The translations under genes and the position numbers were made by a program. From Acidianus tailed spindle virus, in the sequence record NC_029316.1: a stretch of DNA of 32,000 nucleotides. One strand, written 5' to 3'. Position 1 is the stretch's first letter, and each line of letters starts with the position of its first letter. Below the pieces are notes generated by a model. That model saw only the letters and a list, made by a program, of their open reading frames with translations, searched no databases and was not told where the DNA came from. Positions 26,346 through 32,000 of the stretch are shown piece after piece.

Positions 26346-27464
26346 ATTCAATTGCCTATCTAGAGTGAACCCACACCTCTCACACCTAAAAGTCCTGCCG
26401 ACCTTTCGGGAAACCCATCCACATCTGGGGCAGGACTTTGAAGTGAGGTGTGGGTCAACCTCCTTAACGAAAGAACCGTATAAGGGAGCCTTGTATTTAA
26501 GCACGCGATGAATTGTCCTCCATACAGTCCTTGAAACCTTCTTAGACAGCTTGTCATTAGCGTCTTGGAACATTGACTGTTTATTCAACTTTTCAACAGC
26601 AAAAATCGTCACAGGATAAATTTCCAGCAACTTATTCACGAACTTGTGAACGTAATCCAACACGCGATTCCTCTCCCTATGAGAGTATTTCCTCATCAAC
26701 ACCTTCCCCTTCCTACCGTGTTTAGAGGCAAAGGACTGTATTCTACTCCTCTTCAGCTCCATACCGAATTTTAGGCTATACAACTCCTTCATCGAGAAAG
26801 TGATGAATTTCTCCCCATCATAAGCGTCCAATGTGTAAAGGTTACTATCAATAGATAGAAAGTCAAGGGGAGTTGACCAAGGTAACTTATAACGAAATGG
26901 TAGGTGAACCTTATCCTCCTTTATCACTGGCTCACCCAACTCAAGTCCTTCAACCCTTCTAGAGAACCATTTGTGAGACCAAGAGAAGGTGACGTATTCG
27001 TAAGGTCTTACTGTAATCCTTACGCTCTCACCCTCAACCTTCCTAAGAGTTGACTTAACCCTAACGTAAACCTTCCTCAGTGTTGGTTTCCTCAATGACG
27101 CTTGTCCTTTTTCAGCCCTCCTCCTCCAACTATTCAAGATTGAGTAAGCGTCGCTTATTGCCTTGTCAACATAATGGGAAGCTAGCTTGTTAATCTTCTC
27201 TAACTCATCCCTTAACGTCTTGTAAACCTCCTTCTTCTTAGGCAGGGTTATCTTAATCTTCGTTAGGACTTTCTTACCTTTCTTTACTTCCTTCCTCTCT
27301 ATCTTAGTCCTCTCCCATAACCAGTCTAGAGCTTTCTGCAATAGGACTCTGTAATTCTCCAGTAGTATTTTCGTCTCCTCCTTCTTATTATTCTTCAGAG
27401 AGTACGTTAGGTAAACGTATTCCTCTTGTGGTTGAAAGTTATTAAGCCTTAAGTTCTTCAACAC
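26175..27464 (-). CDS. tnpB: TnpB RNA-guided nuclease-like protein of IS607-type element
   Basis: FLSIDSNLYTLDAYDG; IFAVEKLN; zinc ribbon CPRCGWVSRKVGRTFRCERCGFTLDRQLNASLN. Confidence 0.93.
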   Translation of the reverse strand: MLKNLRLNNFQPQEEYVYLTYSLKNNKKEETKILLENYRVLLQKALDWLWERTKIERKEVKKGKKVLTKIKITLPKKKEVYKTLRDELEKINKLASHYVDKAISDAYSILNSWRRRAEKGQASLRKPTLRKVYVRVKSTLRKVEGESVRITVRPYEYVTFSWSHKWFSRRVEGLELGEPVIKEDKVHLPFRYKLPWSTPLDFLSIDSNLYTLDAYDGEKFITFSMKELYSLKFGMELKRSRIQSFASKHGRKGKVLMRKYSHRERNRVLDYVHKFVNKLLEIYPVTIFAVEKLNKQSMFQDANDKLSKKVSRTVWRTIHRVLKYKAPLYGSFVKEVDPHLTSKSCPRCGWVSRKVGRTFRCERCGFTLDRQLNASLNIYLKMCGFPHILGIPRLWVGVIPLKGRRGNGFPRDSVEAQGLRIDIKYYEIL

Positions 27465-28026
27465 ACTTCTTCACCTTTTCGTATTTGTGACTCCTCATTC
27501 CGTAGAGTTTTCCACTGAATGATACTAGGATCGAGATCAAATCTTCGATTAGTTCTTGTTCTGGTGTTTTGTCCTCCTTGTTTATCACCACTATCTCGCA
27601 GTTGTGTGCTTTGCATACCTCCTCAAGTATCTCGAAACCGAACCTTACTAATCTGTCGGGATAAGCTACAACGACCTTTGAAACTTCGTTGTTTAGTATC
27701 ATTTTCAGTAATTTGATGAATCCTTTTCTCTTCATGTTTAATCCAGATCCAATGTCTGTTATTACTTGGTCGTAGTCCTTAACATTCTCCTCCAAGTATT
27801 TTACTTGGTTTATTAAATCATCTTTCTGCGTGTTTGATGATACCCTAGCGTATAATACTACTTTCCTCTTCCTAACAATCCCCATCAGTCTTTCGACGTC
27901 TTCTTCCTTGAACCTCCATTTCCCGCTCTGTAATATCACGGGTTTTATGTACCCTTTCTTAACGTATTCTCTGAGTGTTGCGTATGAAATTCCTAGTCTT
28001 TGGCACACTTCTTTAGGTCTTAGCAT
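27442..28026 (-). CDS. tnpA: IS607-family serine recombinase (MerR-like HTH + resolvase domain)
   Basis: KEVCQRLGISYATLREYVKKGYIKP; VVLYARVSSNTQKDDLINQVKYL; YPDRLVRFGFE. Confidence 0.93.
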   Translation of the reverse strand: MLRPKEVCQRLGISYATLREYVKKGYIKPVILQSGKWRFKEEDVERLMGIVRKRKVVLYARVSSNTQKDDLINQVKYLEENVKDYDQVITDIGSGLNMKRKGFIKLLKMILNNEVSKVVVAYPDRLVRFGFEILEEVCKAHNCEIVVINKEDKTPEQELIEDLISILVSFSGKLYGMRSHKYEKVKKCVEELKA

Positions 28027-28124
28027 TGTATGAAATTTTATGACGAAATAATATAAACTTTACGGTTTATCTGAAACTGCTAACAACGGCTTCGATCTGA
28101 AGTGCATGGAGCCTCTTTTCTGAA

Positions 28125-28138
28125 ATCACAGTTGTGAT
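28125..28138. promoter_or_regulatory. Inverted repeat ATCACA-GT-TGTGAT near the IS607 left flank
   Basis: Same motif family, perfect half-sites. Confidence 0.5.
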
Positions 28139-28176
28139 AACAAACTACAAACCTTCGTCCCCTCTAGAGTAAGAAG

Positions 28177-28572
28177 TCAGAACAATTTTTCTAGAATTAT
28201 GCTCGTAGGTAGCTCTTTTTTAACTATGTACACTCCAGGCAATGTGGCTTCTTTAGTTCCGAACACTAAACGTAATATATTATTTCCTTCGTTAAGCACG
28301 GTAGTTATAGGAAAAGAAGGGTTTACTAGTACTCTTGTTTTTGAAGTTATTTCTTTATATGGTGATATGGTAATAAATAACGCGTCTGATAGATAAACAT
28401 TAGTTATTAGCCCTACTATTGGTAAGTATACCCTAACATATTTTGGCACTTTTTGGAAATATACTGCAACATCAATTCTTTGCTCATTTTTGAAGATTAT
28501 TCTTTGCTCGTATTTTGTTTGCTCGCATATAGGACAAATTACAAACTTTTTTGACCTTATAAAGATACTCAC
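28177..28572 (-). CDS. Hypothetical protein (131 aa)
   Basis: ORF overlapping the VWA gene stop. Confidence 0.75.
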   Translation of the reverse strand: MSIFIRSKKFVICPICEQTKYEQRIIFKNEQRIDVAVYFQKVPKYVRVYLPIVGLITNVYLSDALFITISPYKEITSKTRVLVNPSFPITTVLNEGNNILRLVFGTKEATLPGVYIVKKELPTSIILEKLF

Positions 28573-29666
28573 ATTATTATTTTATTCTTTAGCTCTTTTA
28601 AATCATTGACGGTGACATAAAGACCACCAGTGCTTTTAGTTATTGTAACTAACCTTTCGTTGTAAACCCCGAAGAGCTGTATTACATTGAGTATTATCCT
28701 TTTTGCCTTAAGTTTTGTAATAATGTTCCCGCTTATTTCGTCTAACGCATCGGTTATTAGGAGGACGGAACTTGCAGGTTCGGCTATTTCAATAAATTGT
28801 GATAATGAGTATTCTATATCAGTGACCCCTTCTGCTTCGATTTTCAGGAATCTTTCTAAAGATTCCTGAGTTTTAAGTTCAATTATTTCCCTTAATGCCT
28901 CGTTAAAGAAACCTACCCTTACCTTATATTTATTTATCAAAGAATTCTTAACTACTGCAAGTGCTATTGCCTTTGCAGTACTTAATCTGTTAAGTACGGA
29001 CATGCTCTGTGAGGAATCTATAAGCACATATACGGATGGGAAACCTTTAGAATATCCTGGATATTTTTTGAACCCGTTGAGTAGCTTATATATTAATATA
29101 TCATCGTCTATAAGTGCAAGTGCCTTCTCATTTCTATTTGCATCGTAAAAGTTTTGTGTGAAGTCTAATCCCTCAAAACCTGGGTAAATTCCGTTTATTT
29201 TTGTGTTACTACCTATGCTTCCTTCTATTATTTTCAACCCTCTAATTATGTCTTTAACGTTAGGTATCTTCTCAAGTTTTTGCGGGCTGATAAAAACTCC
29301 AGAATACTTATACAGAACATATGCGGTCTTCTTTTGTTCGTGGTATTTGTTTATTACTTCCTGTATTATTTCATACGCGTCTCCCTTCTTTCCTCCTTTC
29401 AAACTGAGTATTATTAATGCGGATATTCTAATCAGATAATCGTCTGGTAGTTCGCTCTCTAATATAACACGTAGTATTTCTTCATTCTCTCTGAAGAATT
29501 CATTTATCTTTTCAACGAGTTTTTTCCCTTCTTCTGTAACTTCCTTACCTTTTAGTATGAAGAAAACGTCTGCTATAAGTTCTGCAATAGTGTCGTCAAT
29601 TCTGTACTTACTCTTTATCATCGATAAAGCTTTCTCCATCTCCTCCTTCTCTACTTTTGTCCACAT
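28569..29666 (-). CDS. VWA-domain protein (MoxR partner type)
   Basis: MIDAS-like SVYVLIDSSQSMS...GVTDIEYSLSQF...SSVLLITDALDEI. Confidence 0.85.
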   Translation of the reverse strand: MWTKVEKEEMEKALSMIKSKYRIDDTIAELIADVFFILKGKEVTEEGKKLVEKINEFFRENEEILRVILESELPDDYLIRISALIILSLKGGKKGDAYEIIQEVINKYHEQKKTAYVLYKYSGVFISPQKLEKIPNVKDIIRGLKIIEGSIGSNTKINGIYPGFEGLDFTQNFYDANRNEKALALIDDDILIYKLLNGFKKYPGYSKGFPSVYVLIDSSQSMSVLNRLSTAKAIALAVVKNSLINKYKVRVGFFNEALREIIELKTQESLERFLKIEAEGVTDIEYSLSQFIEIAEPASSVLLITDALDEISGNIITKLKAKRIILNVIQLFGVYNERLVTITKSTGGLYVTVNDLKELKNKIIM

Positions 29667-30603
29667 TTATTCTCTTCCTCGATAAGGACTGTATAAGTGT
29701 AATATAGTTTTCCCTAATAGTATTATAAATATTGTAAATATTGTCTGGTAAATACTTGGAAAATATCCCTTCCCTTGACTTATAAGGTACAACGTTACCG
29801 TTTGCGTCAAGTTCGTTGTACTCAACATAATAACTAACGAAACGGTTTCTGCTAGTTTTTGTATACATTCTGTATCTGCTGTAATCGTAACTGCTAACAC
29901 CAAGTGCTATCCCAGTGAACCTGTCTATATCATTAACTTTCGTTAGTATTATTCCTTCCATTCTTTTAATTGTTGAGTTCAACACTGCAATGTCTGTAGG
30001 AAGAGTCATAACCAATGTCATTATATTGCTCCTTATCAACGTTAATAGGTTAGATGTATGAACGTACAAATCCCTATTTGTAAAGTATACGTTAGTGGAG
30101 AACAATAACTGAGCGTCGTCTATTATATAATAAGGAGACCTCAGTCCATGCTCCTTAAGGAATTCTATAAAATTATTCAACTCTATTGGGTCAATGCCGA
30201 TATGATACAGGGTTATAATGTAATTAATGAACCTTTCCTCGACAGGAAGGTTTTCATTCATATCGTTGAGTGCATAGATATTAGCACCAGCCTTAATTGC
30301 CAGTACGGACTTCCCAACTCCTTGACCACCTACTACGACAACTAACCTCTGTACTTGTATCCTCTTTCTATACCCCTGAAAACACATCCTCACAAATGGT
30401 GTAAGAGAAGGGACTATTTCGCCGTTCTTTGTCACAAACCCAGGAGTGATTAAAATGCTCAACTCACCGCTTCTTAGGGAAGTATAAAGGTAATCCAAAT
30501 ATCTTAACAGTTTTCCTCCCATCGCGTTCTCATAATCTACATAAAGGAACCCTTTATCAGGGTCTCTGTCTTGAATTACAAAATCTCCGATTTTAACTTC
30601 CAT
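29608..30603 (-). CDS. P-loop ATPase
   Basis: Walker A VVVVGGQGVGKS, Walker B-like SPYYIIDDAQ. Confidence 0.85.
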   Translation of the reverse strand: MEVKIGDFVIQDRDPDKGFLYVDYENAMGGKLLRYLDYLYTSLRSGELSILITPGFVTKNGEIVPSLTPFVRMCFQGYRKRIQVQRLVVVVGGQGVGKSVLAIKAGANIYALNDMNENLPVEERFINYIITLYHIGIDPIELNNFIEFLKEHGLRSPYYIIDDAQLLFSTNVYFTNRDLYVHTSNLLTLIRSNIMTLVMTLPTDIAVLNSTIKRMEGIILTKVNDIDRFTGIALGVSSYDYSRYRMYTKTSRNRFVSYYVEYNELDANGNVVPYKSREGIFSKYLPDNIYNIYNTIRENYITLIQSLSRKRINVDKSREGGDGESFIDDKE

Positions 30604-30964
30604 AAATATAGTCGAGTTTCACTTGCATATAAACAGATTTCTCGCCACCCTTACCACTTATCCTTATGTTTACTACAGATATTACAATTGTATAACAAAA
30701 CGTATGGATCCTGAGTATCGGTACTTCACCCTTGCATTTAAGCAGGGACTTCAATGCCAACTCCTTCCTATTCTCCTGTATGAACTCTACTCTATAAGCT
30801 CTGTCAAAATCATGAGGTATAATGTCCTTTAACAGATTCTTTATCTTTTTCCTAATTTTCCTTATTGAGTATACACCATGTTTTGAGAAGCATTTGAGTA
30901 TGACATAAAATTGGTTTAAACTAATATTTATTTCACGTATCGATGAGAGTAATTGAGCCTCCAT
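30593..30964 (-). CDS. Hypothetical protein (123 aa)
   Basis: ORF overlapping P-loop gene start. Confidence 0.7.
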   Translation of the reverse strand: MEAQLLSSIREINISLNQFYVILKCFSKHGVYSIRKIRKKIKNLLKDIIPHDFDRAYRVEFIQENRKELALKSLLKCKGEVPILRIHTFCYTIVISVVNIRISGKGGEKSVYMQVKLDYIYGS

Positions 30965-31033
30965 TGTTTAGAAAAGTTATATAGAAGTATATAAGAAGAG
31001 CTGGAGTGGAAAGAAAACACAAAAAATTTACCT

Positions 31034-31525
31034 TTAGAATTTTACGTTGAACTTCTGGAATATTATTCCTACTAATAGGAATATTACAGCTATTATTACT
31101 ACTGTAAATAGTACGTCCTCAACTGTTGGCAAACTGTTTACAGACCCCACTATCCCGTGTACTACTGCAGTGCTTAAGTTATACTGTGCTGATCCTGGAG
31201 AGTATGAGGATGGGTTAATTTCGTTCAGCAATTGTATTCCAAGGAACCCAGAAACGAAGAATACCATGACGAAGATTATTACTAAAGCACCAACAACTAC
31301 AGCAACTGTTTTTACAGTCTCTATATGATTCTTTACGTCGCCATTATCTCCACCATTACTGGAATATATAAGTCTCGCTCTTATTGTTGCTAGGTAGTTA
31401 TGGTACTTGTTGGCAAACATTGACACCGCTTTGTGTATCATGCTTAGCAGTAAATTATAGTACACTATGTAGATTGCATAGACTATGAATAACACAGGTT
31501 TTACCTGATTGCTTGACCTATTCAT
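31034..31525 (-). CDS. Membrane protein, two predicted TM segments
   Basis: VAVVVGALVIIFVMVFFVSGFLG and VLFTVVIIAVIFLLVGIIF. Confidence 0.75.
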   Translation of the reverse strand: MNRSSNQVKPVLFIVYAIYIVYYNLLLSMIHKAVSMFANKYHNYLATIRARLIYSSNGGDNGDVKNHIETVKTVAVVVGALVIIFVMVFFVSGFLGIQLLNEINPSSYSPGSAQYNLSTAVVHGIVGSVNSLPTVEDVLFTVVIIAVIFLLVGIIFQKFNVKF

Positions 31526-31582
31526 TTGCCTTCAGTATGAAAACAAATTCTTCGTTTAAAAATAGATATGCAGTAAACCTCG

Positions 31583-32000
31583 TTAGCGGTTAAGGTATTT
31601 TGCAACATATGCCAAAGCGAAACCGAATACCGCACCAGGTAGCAATGCATAAAACCCAAAAATTAACGAAATTGCTATACTAAGTAAACTCCATATCATT
31701 AACCCGTACCATAGGACTCCAGTTATGTTATAGTTCCTGTTGATAAGATATATCGCGATACCACCGCCTATATAGTAAATTATTATATCCATAAGCTGGT
31801 TTGAATTGATACTTATACTGAACGGGTTCTTAATTGGTGGTGGCGTAAGTGATGTACTACTATTAACCTTAGTTGAATTGAGGTTAACTAGTTTGTTAAC
31901 ATAAGGCTGAGAGGTTTGTATACCGTTGGCATCTATTGTTACTGTCCTACTTGTAGGCGATATTGCTAATACAAACGGCGTATTAGCAGGTATATTCAGC
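31583..32000 (-). CDS. C-terminal part of a larger membrane protein, 5' end beyond the window
   Basis: The 69-aa track ORF continues in frame upstream to the window edge (..LNIPANTPFVLAISPTSRTVTIDANGIQTSQPYVNKLVNLNSTKVNSSTSLTPPPIKNPFSISINSNQLMDIIIYYIGGG..) with no stop. Confidence 0.8.
   Translation of the reverse strand, partial: LNIPANTPFVLAISPTSRTVTIDANGIQTSQPYVNKLVNLNSTKVNSSTSLTPPPIKNPFSISINSNQLMDIIIYYIGGGIAIYLINRNYNITGVLWYGLMIWSLLSIAISLIFGFYALLPGAVFGFALAYVAKYLNR

Larger units (their letters stand above)
26130..28110 (-). mobile_element. IS607-type insertion element (serine-recombinase TnpA + TnpB); exact ends not determined
   Basis: Adjacent overlapping tnpA and tnpB on the minus strand; boundaries approximate. 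Confidence 0.85.

Overview
AT-rich window with two gene blocks: almost all credible genes are on + from ~979 to 15262, then almost all on - from 15308 to the right edge. The gene content looks like part of a large spindle-shaped or tailed crenarchaeal virus of the bicaudavirus/STSV/SMV/ATSV kind. The supporting genes are a MoxR-like AAA ATPase, a VWA-domain protein, a P-loop ATPase, a Cdc48-like AAA ATPase with DUF1257- and DUF2997-like partners, ThyX, an FkbM-type methyltransferase, several ribbon-helix-helix proteins, a ~1215-aa repetitive membrane-anchored surface-type protein, and an IS607-type TnpA/TnpB element. Virus assignment is inference from gene content; no database search was run. 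The most notable unexplained structures are: (1) a regular array of about 25 units with a 38-bp period at 9231-~10160, each unit carrying two conserved boxes (TGCACAYAAGCAA and TTCAATAA), starting 2 bp after the stop codon of a zinc-ribbon/HhH-like gene; (2) a ~540-bp GC-rich, non-coding, hairpin-dense region at ~395-935; (3) 24-bp CRISPR-repeat-like sequences at 11702-11929 with 34/71/36-bp intervals; (4) a recurrent TCGGGG leader immediately upstream of about 16 plus-strand genes and absent from the minus-strand block; (5) a recurring 14-bp inverted repeat ATCACA-NN-TGTGAT/AACACA-NN-TGTGTT; (6) a 2.4-kb cassette flanked by near-perfect 30-bp direct repeats and containing a degenerate TnpB 3'-end/omega-RNA-like segment; (7) a TnpB whose predicted third RuvC Asp position is Gln.
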